A stretch of 64,000 nt of DNA from an uncultured delta proteobacterium (GTDB lineage: Bacteria > Desulfobacterota > Syntrophia > Syntrophales > UBA5619): positions 96,001 through 160,000 of the forward strand of contig CAWFOM010000016.1 of assembly GCA_963817385.1 (NCBI GenBank), in the 5' to 3' direction. The number at the start of each line of letters is the position of its first letter. The stretch's first letter is position 1. The notes under the pieces are model-generated. The model had not been told where the DNA came from, did not search any database, and saw nothing but the letters and a program-made list of their open reading frames with translations. Position numbers and translations under genes: made by a program. Positions 1-10,483 of this stretch are shown here, in pieces.

Positions 1-3000
1 GCCACCTGCCACCCCTTGAGCCGTACGAGGGCCGTCCCCTCGATATGGCCGGGACCGGATAGAGCCCGAAAGGAATCGATGCGGATGAGCTCGTTTTCCA
101 GGTGCATCGCGAGCTGGACCTCCTTGACATTGATGCCCGCCGTTGGCAGATACGCCCCGGCCTTGGCCAGCTTCAGAATCCCTTCGATCTTCGGTCTCCT
201 CCCACGTCCCGCTGACCCGCAGGTTGGCGTTGAGCTCCCCGTGACTCTCCTGGATCAATCCCGGGAAGAGGGAGGCGAGAATTCCCTGCTCCCCGACCTG
301 TCCGGTCAGCGACGCCTGAAGCGATCCCGAGCGGTCGAGGACGGCAGGGAAGCGCGCCGGGAAGGGCAGTTGGAAACTCCCCCGGACCTGTCCCTGCTCC
401 GCCAGCGCCAAGGCAACGGCGCCGCGAAGCGCCTCTCCCCGCCAGTCCCAGGAGAGGGAAGCGGAGCGAAGGTTCCCCTTGATCTCCCCTCCCGGCCTCA
501 TCCAGCGCACCTCCCCCCCGGAAAGGGCGGCGTCGCCCTTTAGCGCAAACCTCTGTCCCGGAAGAATAGTTCCCATCGCGCGGCCTGCGAACCTCCCTTC
601 AAGGTTGACGGAACGAGGCAGCCAGGGGCGGATAATCAACAAGTCGATGCCGGCCCACTCCAGATCCACTTCTCCTTCGCCGGGGATAGCCGGACTTGCG
701 GGCCGGCGTGATGAGAATCGCCCGTTTATTATTCCCCCGCCGGCAAGGGAGAGGTCCATTTTCGCATGTATCCCCCGTTCATTTCCGTCAAGGCTCAGCG
801 CAATCTGCTCCAGGCTGATCGCGCGCCCGTCCATGGTCAGCACACCCGAAGCGCCGGTCCGGCCCGCCAAGACGAGTCGTCCGGTGTCGCTTTCCGAGGC
901 GGGGCTGCGCAGGGAACCCTGCCAACCCAATGAGAGCTCCGCCGTGTGAAGAGTGGCATCGAGCGCATCGTTTCCCCGTTGCCAACGGATCTTCCCCGGG
1001 GCGAGAGATGCCTTCCCCGTGAGGTCGAGCCGTCCCCCGGTGAGGACGTTTCCGGTGACCTGCCCGGCAAGGCGTCCGGCGAGGATGACGTCGCGGGGCA
1101 ACCAGCGGCGAAGCGGTGCCAGGTCGATATCCGCCCATTCCGCCGTTATTTTCCCGGTTTCCGGGATAGACAGACGAGCGGGCGCGGGGGACGAAAAGGC
1201 CCCATTGAACGCTCCCCCGCCGGCCAAGCGGAGCTCCAGCCCAACGCGCATTCCTTCTTCACCCCCGTCGAGACTGAGCGAGCCCTCCTGTACGGCAATC
1301 CCGTACCCTTCCGCCGTTACCGTTCCCACCGCACGCGCGTTTCCCGAGAAGACAGGCGACTCTCCCTCCGGAAAGCGCAGCCGGATGTTTCCGGCGCTGG
1401 CTCCCGCTGCTCGCACCTCCGTGAGCCATGGGTTCACTCTGGCCAAATTCAGACCATTCCACGACGCCCGGACGGAACCGCCCGGCGGTTTCCCGGTCAG
1501 TTCACCGGCGATTTCAAGCCGCTCCGGTTGCTCACCCGTGATGACAAGGGGCGCGAGCGTGATTCGCCCGGCGGCAACGGACAGCGCAGCGGGAGCCTCA
1601 AGGCTCCACAGCCCGACGCCATCACGGCCGGAGAAGCGGACGATCTTCCCCTGCCAGCTCCCCCGACTATATGCCCCTAAGAAGGCTGCTCGCGCTTCTG
1701 CGCCGCCCGAGTGGAGCGCCGCGTTCACTGTATGCCGTGGGGCGGTCCCGTCCGCCTCCAGGGTCACCGAATCGGCCTGAAAGCGTTCGTACGCTACCTT
1801 GCGGAGGGTCGCGGCGATGTGCAGGAGGGATCCTTCCTCTTCCCCGAGCCGCGCGGACAGATTCACGGCTGCGACCCGCAACCCGCCGGCGGCAAGGTTC
1901 CCACCCCGACCGGTGAAGGAGCCGTCCAGACGCCCGTTACGCCAGCGTACCCACCCATCCGCCCGAAGCTCCCCGGTTGTCCGGGGGATCAGCCGACCCA
2001 GTTCGCCGACCTGGGCGGTGAAGGCCAGCCGTTTGCCGAGTTCACCCTCTGCATTGATCGTGAATCCCTTCCCTTGCAGCACCAGACGATCGACATGAAG
2101 GTCGCCATGGGCGAAATCGGCCTGAAACGCCCCGGTCAGGGCCTGCCCGTGCAGACGGCTCTCCAGGAGCCTGCCGTCCACCTTCCCCTTTGGCGGGGCC
2201 TGACCCGACCATGCACCGTTCCCCGCGAGATCGAAGTTGACCACCCCCATCCAGTCGGGGTCAATCCCGGCCGGGTTGAGATTCCTCCCGCTGATTGCCC
2301 CCTCCAGGGAAATCCCTTCGCGCCAGCGGATGCCCAGATGCCCCTGCACAGACCCGGCAAGCAGCGAGCCATGCAACGGGGACAGCGTTACCCCTGTGCT
2401 GTCTCCCTGATAGGAGCCGGAGAGACGCACCTCCCGCCACTCTTTCCCCCTGTTGGCAAGCGTAACCTCCCCCCGGTAGAGCCCCGGAGTTCCCGTGAGC
2501 GTCAGGGTTCCGGAGAGGTCGGTCGGCATGTTGAGTTCGGGGGCCAGATCGAGGCCGGCCGCCTCAAGCTGGAGCGCCAGGAGCGGCTCCCGGGCGGCAA
2601 GCGTGACGGTCCCCCCACCCGTGAGATGACCCGCCCGGCCAGGTCTGCTCACGCGGAGCTGCCGCAGATTGAAGGCCTTCCCGGTCATCCCCGCTTCCCC
2701 CGCAAGCTCCAGGCGCTTCACGTTGCCGGATGAACCGGCGGCGGCGAATCCCCCCGCCAGCTGCTCGGAACTCCGCCCGGGAAGAAACCGGCCCTGCAGG
2801 GAAAAGGCATCCATCCCCGCGACGGGCACAGCCGGGGTGACGACCAGGTCAACGTGGAAGAACGGCGGGGAAAAGCCGGCAGCGATGCTCCCCGTGACGC
2901 GCCCGGACGGCGCAACGGCCGTCAGATCGGAGATGGACAGCAGCGCGCTATGCCAGACCACAACGGAGGAGATGGTGGTCACATTCGCCGGCAGCCCGTC

Positions 3001-3447
3001 GAGACGGCGGTAGGTTAGGCCGTTCACCCGCAGGCGCTCGATCCGCCCGTCGAAAAACCCCGCCAATCCGGAGACCCGGGGCCAGGCGAGATCCGGCGTT
3101 GTTTCCTTGGGGGTGTTGTCGCGAATAAGCACGCCTGTCAGGGTCAGCTCTTTCGCGGCAACCCTGCCCGAAAGGAGGCTAAGCGGCGCCCAGCGGAAGT
3201 CGAGGCGCTCCATCCCCACCTCCACCGGCGCCAGAGCCACGCGGACGCCCCCCAGTTGCAGGCGGTCGAGCAGCCTCCCTTCGACCTCCCGGGCGGAGAT
3301 CGTAAGCGGCGTATGACGGGAAACCGCATCCATGAGCCAGCGGACGCCATCCGTCGTACCGGCGAGCCAGGCCGCGCCCCATCCACCCGCACCGATGAGC
3401 GTTGCCGCCAGAGCGGCGATCAATCCGTATGCCGCCGGGCGTTTCAC
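1..3447 (-). CDS. tamB: Translocation/assembly module TamB (3' end outside window; apparent +1 frameshift near 197)
   Basis: GTG at 3447 overlaps the tamA stop. Manual translation gives an N-terminal TM (VKRPAAYGLIAALAATLIGAGGWGAAWLAGTTDGVRWL) then beta-rich sequence. After SGTWE the protein-like sequence continues in the next frame (PKIEGILKLAKAGAYLPTAGINVKEV). Directly downstream of tamA. Confidence 0.85.
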   Translation of the reverse strand, partial: MKRPAAYGLIAALAATLIGAGGWGAAWLAGTTDGVRWLMDAVSRHTPLTISAREVEGRLLDRLQLGGVRVALAPVEVGMERLDFRWAPLSLLSGRVAAKELTLTGVLIRDNTPKETTPDLAWPRVSGLAGFFDGRIERLRVNGLTYRRLDGLPANVTTISSVVVWHSALLSISDLTAVAPSGRVTGSIAAGFSPPFFHVDLVVTPAVPVAGMDAFSLQGRFLPGRSSEQLAGGFAAAGSSGNVKRLELAGEAGMTGKAFNLRQLRVSRPGRAGHLTGGGTVTLAAREPLLALQLEAAGLDLAPELNMPTDLSGTLTLTGTPGLYRGEVTLANRGKEWREVRLSGSYQGDSTGVTLSPLHGSLLAGSVQGHLGIRWREGISLEGAISGRNLNPAGIDPDWMGVVNFDLAGNGAWSGQAPPKGKVDGRLLESRLHGQALTGAFQADFAHGDLHVDRLVLQGKGFTINAEGELGKRLAFTAQVGELGRLIPRTTGELRADGWVRWRNGRLDGSFTGRGGNLAAGGLRVAAVNLSARLGEEEGSLLHIAATLRKVAYERFQADSVTLEADGTAPRHTVNAALHSGGAEARAAFLGAYSRGSWQGKIVRFSGRDGVGLWSLEAPAALSVAAGRITLAPLVITGEQPERLEIAGELTGKPPGGSVRASWNGLNLARVNPWLTEVRAAGASAGNIRLRFPEGESPVFSGNARAVGTVTAEGYGIAVQEGSLSLDGGEEGMRVGLELRLAGGGAFNGAFSSPAPARLSIPETGKITAEWADIDLAPLRRWLPRDVILAGRLAGQVTGNVLTGGRLDLTGKASLAPGKIRWQRGNDALDATLHTAELSLGWQGSLRSPASESDTGRLVLAGRTGASGVLTMDGRAISLEQIALSLDGNERGIHAKMDLSLAGGGIINGRFSSRRPASPAIPGEGEVDLEWAGIDLLIIRPWLPRSVNLEGRFAGRAMGTILPGQRFALKGDAALSGGEVRWMRPGGEIKGNLRSASLSWDWRGEALRGAVALALAEQGQVRGSFQLPFPARFPAVLDRSGSLQASLTGQVGEQGILASLFPGLIQESHGELNANLRVSGTWEETEDRRDSEAGQGRGVSANGGHQCQGGPARDAPGKRAHPHRFLSGSIRSRPYRGDGPRTAQGVAGG

Positions 3448-5210
3448 AGCTCGAACCCTACCGTGAAATGAATGCGAAATCCTGGGTCGTCCACTCCGAT
3501 CTGCCGGGCCACGGAGAGGTTCAAAGCGCCCACCGGGGTGTAGTAATGCAGGCCGAGCCCCGCCCCCTGGAAGAGGTGGACCCCGGTGAAGGAGTCAAAT
3601 GCGTTACCTGCGTCGTAAAATGCAGAGACGCCCCAGTCGCTGAAAAGGGCCCGTTCGAGCTCAACGCTCCCGGCAAGGAGATGCTTCCCTCCCGCCACTT
3701 GGCCGGTTGCATCAAGCGGGCCGAGGGACTGGTAGGCATAGCCGCGCACGCTCTGATCCCCCCCGGCAAAGAAACGAAGCGACGGGGGCAGATCGCTGAG
3801 CGGATCGCTCACGAGTGTGATCCCCACCCTGGCCCGCGTCTGGAGGGAAAGCCGCCACGGCAGCGGCAACAGAAAACTCCCCGCGGAGATGAGCTGGAGC
3901 AATTTCGTGTCCGAGCCGAGCCACTGGTTCGTTCCGCGCAGATCGAGGTTATAGCGGAAGCCCCGGACGGGACGCGTCGGGTTGTCGTAATGATCCCCGG
4001 AAAGGCGCAGGCCGGGCAAGACCAGTCGCGCGCTTGAATCCTGGGCCCCGACGGTATACTCCTCCCGCTGCAGCCTGACGTAGGCGGTCCCCAGCTCCTC
4101 CTTGCCGAAGCTGTGGTTTTTGTCCAGCTCCAGGGCAATCAACCGGCTCGTATACGAGGAAACGTCCTCCTGCTGGAGGTTGAACTGCAGCACGGTTGAA
4201 CTCCTGATATCTACCGCATCCGGAAGTATGTAGCCGGTCGCCAGCCCCTGGAGATGTTCGGAGACATAGAGATTCGAATAGAATTCATGGCCGCGGTGCA
4301 GCATATTGAGGTCACGGTACCGGACATTGAATCTTCCTCCCGTGTCCGTGCCGTATCCGATTCCCTGGCGGAGATTCTTGCGGGACGAAGGTTTCAGCTG
4401 CACAAGCACCGGCACCCGGAAATCCCGGGACTCCGCTTTTTCCGGCGTGACGTTGACCTCCCGGAAACGCTCGGAGTTTGTGAAGTTGAGCTGTGTCTCC
4501 CCGAGCCTGGCATGAGAAAAGGCATCTCCCGGCTTGAACGCCAGATAACGCTGTACGAACTGATCGGGATAATCCGCCCCTCCCTCGATTCTCACCCCAT
4601 TGAAGAAATACCGGCTGCCAGTTTCCAGTTCCAGCCGGATATCTGCGGTGGACGTTGTCTTCGCAATACGGACTTCGTGTACGACAAAATCGGCATCCAG
4701 GTACCCCAGTTCCTGAGCCCGAGAGAGGAGCTCCCCCTTGGCTTCCTCATATCGCTGCTGCAGGAGCACGCCGCCCTTTTTCAGGGGGAAGGCGGCCGCC
4801 TGTTTCTTCAGCGGCTCCTCATCCGCGCCCGGACCGTGCAGGGCGAGCGTCACCTCCGTGACGCGGACCGGCTCTCCCGGAATCACGCTGACCCGCAGGC
4901 GATAGGCGCATGAACCTACCTCCTCGATCGAGGTGGTGACCCGGGCGCTGTAATAGCCGTAGGGCTCAATCGCCGTCAGGACCCGTTCATCCGCCTGCCT
5001 CCCGAAACGTTCGAGCCACAACCGATCCGCCTTTCCTTCCTGAACCAATCCATAGGGGAGCACGAGCATGTCCCGTACATTTTTCAGGACATCGCCCTCA
5101 AGACCTTCCACGACGATCTCCACCGGTTCGGCGGCGGTCAACGGAGTGACGAAACATACCAGGAATAATAGCGGAATTATGGCGGCAGAGAGCAGCCCGA
5201 ATCTTGCCAT
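3444..5210 (-). CDS. tamA: Omp85-family outer membrane protein TamA
   Basis: Signal peptide MARFGLLSAAII, POTRA-like region, GIGYGTDTG, RFFAGGDQSVRGY loop-6 motif, C-terminal HFTVGFEL. Confidence 0.92.
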   Translation of the reverse strand: MARFGLLSAAIIPLLFLVCFVTPLTAAEPVEIVVEGLEGDVLKNVRDMLVLPYGLVQEGKADRLWLERFGRQADERVLTAIEPYGYYSARVTTSIEEVGSCAYRLRVSVIPGEPVRVTEVTLALHGPGADEEPLKKQAAAFPLKKGGVLLQQRYEEAKGELLSRAQELGYLDADFVVHEVRIAKTTSTADIRLELETGSRYFFNGVRIEGGADYPDQFVQRYLAFKPGDAFSHARLGETQLNFTNSERFREVNVTPEKAESRDFRVPVLVQLKPSSRKNLRQGIGYGTDTGGRFNVRYRDLNMLHRGHEFYSNLYVSEHLQGLATGYILPDAVDIRSSTVLQFNLQQEDVSSYTSRLIALELDKNHSFGKEELGTAYVRLQREEYTVGAQDSSARLVLPGLRLSGDHYDNPTRPVRGFRYNLDLRGTNQWLGSDTKLLQLISAGSFLLPLPWRLSLQTRARVGITLVSDPLSDLPPSLRFFAGGDQSVRGYAYQSLGPLDATGQVAGGKHLLAGSVELERALFSDWGVSAFYDAGNAFDSFTGVHLFQGAGLGLHYYTPVGALNLSVARQIGVDDPGFRIHFTVGFEL

Positions 5211-5318
5211 GGGAAAACCTTTTGCTTGGGCGGAGACACCCATGGGGATGGCAGCCCCGAATACCCTGCTTTCAGGCGGGCTGCTCAAACCAGGCTGCGC
5301 TTCTGGTTAGAGAACATT

Positions 5319-5834
5319 TCAGGCCTTCCCCATCTTCTGCAGGGTTTCCTGGAAGACATGGTAGAAGGCCTTATGGTCGGCCACCCCCTGCTTGATGATC
5401 TTCCCCGCCGCATCGATATTCTTGAGATTGATGATGACGTTGACGCTCTGGTTGAAGGCGGCCATATTGTCCATCGTTCGGAATTTCTCACTGACCAGGA
5501 CTACGAAGAATTGCCGCCGCGTGGTCATGGCCATATCCTCCATATACTGGTGAACGCTGTTCGTCTGCGGATCAGCCTCATCGAAGAGCTCGTTCAAAAC
5601 GACAACGTCGAACACATGAAACCGCATGGCCTTGAGGGCGTCCTTGGCCGTCAACGGCGCTGTGACCTGGTATCCCAGATCCTTGAGACTACCGCTGATC
5701 CCCTCCCGGACGGCCGGATCAAGTTCGCAGACCAGAGCGGTCTCACCCCCCTCCTCCAGAAAGTCGAACGGCCGGTCCGCGGCATCATAATCTTCAGACG
5801 CCACTTCATTCACCAGGGTCTTTTCCTCTTCCAT
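5319..5834 (-). CDS. Receiver-like (pseudo-receiver) protein
   Basis: CheY-like pattern ALVCELD...LGYQV...FDVVVLNE with Asn at the phosphoacceptor position; follows the pilT/pilU pair; RBS GGAG upstream of ATG 5834. Confidence 0.65.
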   Translation of the reverse strand: MEEEKTLVNEVASEDYDAADRPFDFLEEGGETALVCELDPAVREGISGSLKDLGYQVTAPLTAKDALKAMRFHVFDVVVLNELFDEADPQTNSVHQYMEDMAMTTRRQFFVVLVSEKFRTMDNMAAFNQSVNVIINLKNIDAAGKIIKQGVADHKAFYHVFQETLQKMGKA

Positions 5835-5850
5835 GACCTGTTCTCCCTCC

Positions 5851-7026
5851 TTAGAATCGTCTATCCGGTTTCCCGTAATTCTTATCCACTTCGAGCTTGC
5901 CGATATCGGTTGTGGCCTGTCCCATGGAGCTTTTGATGCTGTCGATGCCGCGGCCGACGATCCCCTTGTTGGAAGCATAGGCCTTCGCGGTCCCCTCGCT
6001 GATCAGCCTCTCCCGGAAGAGCTCAATGATGTAGTCATCGAAGGTGATCATCCCGAAGGCCTTCCCCGCCTGGATAATCTCGTAGAAGGTCTTTCCCTCC
6101 AGTTCGCCGTGGAGGATCGTATCCTTCACCCGGAGGTTCGATCCCAAGACCTCGAAGGCGGCGACCCGGCCGCCCCCCTCCTTGGGAAGGAGCCTCTGGC
6201 AAACGATCCAGCGCATCGTGTCGGCAAGCCGGATCCGGACCTGTGTCCCCTCCTCCGTGGAGAACATGCCGAGGATGCGGTTGATCGTCTGGCCGGCATC
6301 CACCGTATGGAGGGTGCTGAGGACCAAGTGGCCCGTCTCAGCGGCGGACAGGCCGATCTCCACCGTTTCGCGGTCCCGCATTTCGCCGACAAGGATCACC
6401 TTCGGCGCCTGGCGGAGCGCCGCGCGCAGCCCGCTGGCAAAGGTGTCGAAATCGGTCCCCATCTCCCGCTGGTTGAAGGTGGCCTTCTTATGGGGATGGG
6501 CGTATTCTACCGGATCCTCGAGCGTGACGATGTGGACCGACTTATGCTCATTGATCTCATTGAGGAGCGCGGCAAGCGACGTCGACTTGCCGGTCCCCGT
6601 GGCGCCGGTGAAGAGGATGATCCCGTTTTTCTCCTCGGCCATCTTGTGGAAGGACTTGGGAAAGTTCATATCCGTCAAGTTCGGGATTCTGGTCTCCAGC
6701 TTTCTGAGAACAACGGAGGCGTTCCCGCGCTGGGAGAAGATGTTCACCCGGAAGCGGGCCTTGCCCGGCAGATCGTACGAGCAATCGCACGACCCTTGGG
6801 AAAGGAAGATTTCCATCAGCCGCCGGTCCCGGCTCATCAGGTTCAGGGCGAAGATCTCCGTCTGAAAAGGGGTAAGTTTCAGGATGGGCGGGTCCAGATC
6901 GACGCCGAAGAGCTGTCCCGAGCTCTCCACCTGGAATGGTTTCCCCACCGTGATGTTCAGATCAGAAACATTCCTGTGGGAATCGAGCATCTTTCCCAGG
7001 ATATAATCGATCTCCGGTTTTCTCAT
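5851..7026 (-). CDS. PilT/PilU-family type IV pilus retraction ATPase (PilU-like paralog)
   Basis: Walker A GATGTGKS, TLEDPVE, LRQAPKVILVGEMRD, GHLVLSTLH; lacks the AIRNLIRE motif. Confidence 0.92.
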   Translation of the reverse strand: MRKPEIDYILGKMLDSHRNVSDLNITVGKPFQVESSGQLFGVDLDPPILKLTPFQTEIFALNLMSRDRRLMEIFLSQGSCDCSYDLPGKARFRVNIFSQRGNASVVLRKLETRIPNLTDMNFPKSFHKMAEEKNGIILFTGATGTGKSTSLAALLNEINEHKSVHIVTLEDPVEYAHPHKKATFNQREMGTDFDTFASGLRAALRQAPKVILVGEMRDRETVEIGLSAAETGHLVLSTLHTVDAGQTINRILGMFSTEEGTQVRIRLADTMRWIVCQRLLPKEGGGRVAAFEVLGSNLRVKDTILHGELEGKTFYEIIQAGKAFGMITFDDYIIELFRERLISEGTAKAYASNKGIVGRGIDSIKSSMGQATTDIGKLEVDKNYGKPDRRF

Positions 7027-7155
7027 CGCATGCCTCCTGCAATCGATCGTTGCTGAAGCGGCCGCTCATAAAGTCGCCATCGCCCGGCTGACTTTGCCGG
7101 CACTGTCGCCGACTCCCCCTGCCGCTCCACTCCTCTTTTGATCCGCTCCCGGGCA

Positions 7156-8238
7156 TCAGGCCTCGGTGAAGTCCGTCGGCGGGTTCCTCAGGAACGGCCG
7201 GAACCGCTGCTTGTCGTTCGCCTTCATGTACGCCTCGTCCCCGCCGATCCACCCCTTGGTGAGGAGCTCCATGATCGCATCGTCCAGAAGCTGCATGCCG
7301 TATTTCTTCCCCGTCTGGATCATGGAGGGGATCTGGAAGGTCTTCGATTCACGAATCAGGTTCCGCACCGCCAAGTTGCCGATCAGGATCTCCAGGGCGA
7401 CGCAGCGTTCCTTATTGTCGATTCGCTTGAAGAGGACTTGGGCGATGACCGCCCGGATGCTGTCCGCGAGTGTGGAGCGGATTTGCATCTGCTCGCTCGC
7501 GGGAAACACCTCAATGACCCTGTCGATGGTCTTGGCGGCGCTCGTCGTGTGGAGGGTGGCGAAGACGAGGTGACCGGTGGAGGCCGCCTCCACGGCAAGC
7601 GAGATCGTCTCCAGGTCGCGCATCTCGCCGACAAGGATGATGTCCGGATCCTCGCGGAGCGCCCCGCGCAGGGCAGCCGCAAAGGTTTTGGTGTGCCGCC
7701 CGACCTCCCGATGATTCACGATGCAGCTCTTGCTCTTATGGACAAACTCGACCGGGTCCTCGATCGTGATAATGTGATCCTTCCGGGTGGCATTGGCCTC
7801 GTCGATGATCGCCGCAAGCGTCGTCGACTTGCCGCTTCCCGTCGGTCCGGTGACGAGGACCAGCCCCCGCGGGAGGGAAGCCAGCTTGGAGACGACCGAA
7901 GGCAGGCCCAGATCCTGGGCGGAGACGATCTCGGTCGGGATCTCCCGGAAAACCGCCGCACAACCATACTGCTGCTGGAAGAAATTGGCGCGGTAACGGG
8001 CGAGCCCCGGGATCTCATAGGCGAAGTCGACGTCCCCCGTCTCCTCGAACTGCTTGACCTTGTGCTCGGGGGTGATCTCGTAGAGCATCGCCTTGAGGCC
8101 ATCATTGGTGAGGATATCGAACTTGATCCGCTCCACATCCCCCCGAATCCGGAGCGCCGGCTGTTGACCGGAGACGAGATGCAGGTCCGATGCTCCCTGG
8201 TCATGCATCAACTGGAAAAAGGCGTCAATCTTTGCCAT
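7156..8238 (-). CDS. pilT: Type IV pilus twitching motility ATPase PilT
   Basis: ASDLHL, GPTGSGKS, LREDPDIILVGEMRD, GHLVFATLHT, AVRNLIRE; RBS GGAGG before ATG 8238. Confidence 0.95.
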   Translation of the reverse strand: MAKIDAFFQLMHDQGASDLHLVSGQQPALRIRGDVERIKFDILTNDGLKAMLYEITPEHKVKQFEETGDVDFAYEIPGLARYRANFFQQQYGCAAVFREIPTEIVSAQDLGLPSVVSKLASLPRGLVLVTGPTGSGKSTTLAAIIDEANATRKDHIITIEDPVEFVHKSKSCIVNHREVGRHTKTFAAALRGALREDPDIILVGEMRDLETISLAVEAASTGHLVFATLHTTSAAKTIDRVIEVFPASEQMQIRSTLADSIRAVIAQVLFKRIDNKERCVALEILIGNLAVRNLIRESKTFQIPSMIQTGKKYGMQLLDDAIMELLTKGWIGGDEAYMKANDKQRFRPFLRNPPTDFTEA

Positions 8239-8373
8239 GGGTGGCCTCCTTGGATGATAGACACACGTTGTTTCATATAAGGCACGGTAACTATCCGACT
8301 CCGGGGTTATCCAGCGGTACGGACGCATCGCTATCCGCGGGATGCGCAGGCGCTGTGGCGGTACGGCGTCAGA

Positions 8374-8402
8374 AGTATAGGAAAAGGTCCCCGCTTTGTC
8401 AA
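8374..8402 (-). promoter_or_regulatory. Sigma70-type promoter for the pilT operon
   Basis: TTGACA-N17-TATACT on the minus strand. Confidence 0.65.
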
Positions 8403-8487
8403 GAAAAAGGGGCAACTCCACCTTGACCGAAGGCCCACCGGATGTTAGTAAATGAAAAAGCAGGACCAAAGACAAGGAGGATCTCCG

Positions 8488-8835
8488 ATGAAGATAACCG
8501 ACAAATACGTTCTGGTCGATGATGAACACGGGCTCAACGACATGCTGAAGGCGAAGGAGCGGGTGATCGCTCTTTTTTATGCCTCCTGGTGTCCCTTCTG
8601 TGCATCATTCCTGCCCGTATTCGAGAGGCATGCCGAAGGAGAGGGCCTATGCTTTCTGGCAGTGAAGGATGATCAGGAATGCATCGGGGATAAATATTCG
8701 GTAGAAGTGGTGCCGACCGCGCTTTTCTTTGAGAAGGGAAAAGTTTCAAGACGGCTGGACGGCCTCCCGGGCGTGGGCCTGAACAAGAAACAACTGACCG
8801 ATTTCATTCAGGCGTGTACGCTGCCAATAAGATAA
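8488..8835 (+). CDS. Thioredoxin family protein
   Basis: FYASWCPFC active site, VPT cis-Pro motif, RBS AAGGAGG. Confidence 0.9.
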   Translation: MKITDKYVLVDDEHGLNDMLKAKERVIALFYASWCPFCASFLPVFERHAEGEGLCFLAVKDDQECIGDKYSVEVVPTALFFEKGKVSRRLDGLPGVGLNKKQLTDFIQACTLPIR

Positions 8836-8842
8836 AATCCCC

Positions 8843-8872
8843 TTGACATGCAGGTCGGTTTTTCATTATCTT
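8843..8872 (+). promoter_or_regulatory. Sigma70-type promoter upstream of the RCC1 lipoprotein gene
   Basis: TTGACA-N18-TATCTT. Confidence 0.45.
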
Positions 8873-8932
8873 CGTAGACGACCGATTATTTACCGTTCAG
8901 TCAACATCGATTTACTTCAGGAGAGTATAATC

Positions 8933-10331
8933 GTGGTGAGTTATCATAAGCTGCAGCACCCCCGGGTTTTCATAGCGATCACTGGTATGTTACTGAGTGC
9001 GTGGATCCTGTTCATCCTTTCGGGATGCAGCAGCAAACCTACCTACTCCATTTCCGGCACGGTTACTTCAGGCGGGTCGGCCCTGGCAGGGGTAACGATG
9101 ACCCTTGTCGGTGGATCTTCGGGGCCTGCGACGACGGATGCGAACGGAAATTATGCGTTCGACGATATTCCGGTCGGCACCTACACGCTCATTCCCTCAT
9201 TGACGGGATACACATTTGCACCTTCAAGCCGGGCCGTTTTTATCGACGGGCTCGATGCCGTCGGGTTTAATTTCAGCAGTATCAGTGAAGGCCGCACGGC
9301 TACGGCAACCCACACCGTGCACCTGAAGAGCAATGGTACGGTCTGGGTATGGGGAAACAATACGAACGGGCAGTTGGGCAACGGAACGACGACAAACAGT
9401 GCCGTGCCCATTCAGCTCAGCGGTTTATCCGATGTCAAGACCCTGGCCGCGGGCAATGATTTTACTGTTTCCCTGAGAAATGACGGTACGGTCTGGGCAT
9501 GGGGGAACAATACGAACGGGCAGCTCGGCAACGGAACGACGACGCAAAGCTCAACACCGCTGCAGGTAAACGGACTGACCGGTGTGACGGCAATTGCCGC
9601 AGGCTATCGACCATGCGGTTGCTTTGAAGAGCGACGGCTCCGTCTGGGCATGGGGAAATAACAATAACGGACAGCTCGGCAATGGAAGCACAACACAGAT
9701 GAACAGCCCGGTCCAGGTAAGCGGCGTGTCCGCTGCAACGGCGATTGCCGCAGGTAATGGCTACACAATGGTCCTGATGAGCGACAGCTCCGTCTGGACA
9801 TGGGGAAATAACAGTAACGGGCAGCTCGGTAACGGGACGACGACGAGCAGCGTGACCGCGGTCCAGGTCAGCGGCTTGTCCGGTGTGAGGGCGATTGCCG
9901 CAGGTAATGGCCACGCCATAGCCCTGATCACAGACGGCACGGTCCGGGCATGGGGCACCAATACCATGGGTCAGCTCGGCAATGGAACGTTAACCGACAG
10001 CTCTGTCCCGGTGATCGTAAGCGGACTGGCAGGCGTGATAGTGGTTTCCGCCGGCTACAGCCACTCTGTCGCCCTCAATAGCGATGGTACTATCCGCACA
10101 TGGGGAGATAACGCATCTGGTCAGCTCGGAGACGGAAGCCGGACGCAGAGCACTTCCCCTGTCCAGGTAAGCGGGTTGTCGGGTGCGATAGGCATCGCCG
10201 CAGGTAAAGGAAACACGCTTGCCCTTCAGGTGGACGGCACCCTCTGGGCATGGGGAAATAATCTCTATGGTCAGCTGGGTGACGGAACTTCGACTGATAG
10301 ATCGATCCCCGTCAAGGTCCAGCTTCCGTAA
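8933..10331 (+). CDS. Lipoprotein with prealbumin/SdrD-B-like domain and RCC1/BLIP-II repeat beta-propeller (+1 frameshift near 9606)
   Basis: Lipobox LSGC; YSISGTV...TTDANGNYAF...GTYTL domain; seven DGTVWAWGxNxxGQLG repeats spread over ORFs 8843-9661 and 9594-10331. Confidence 0.85.
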
Positions 10332-10483
10332 TGTGCCAAGACTTCAAAAGCAACTACTCATTGTAGCCTTATCGGAAAATCTAAGAAAAGAAATTGAGCG
10401 GCGGAAAGTGCCGCACATTTTCTCTCGACAAAAGACGTCAAGCTTCCACTCAAACTGTTATCCGCAGATCAGGGAGGAGTACG

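Noticed and set aside
16..3471. Long plus-strand ORFs over tamB, and similar antisense ORFs across the window (e.g. 5833-7056, 14269-15804, 19647-21074, 27515-28675)
   Set aside because: Shadow frames of well-supported opposite-strand genes in GC-rich DNA; no recognisable motifs
9330..10300. Regularly spaced DNA repeats (TGGGGAAA...GGGCAGCTCGG) that could suggest a CRISPR array
   Set aside because: They are in-frame RCC1 coding repeats with ~150-bp period; no cas genes
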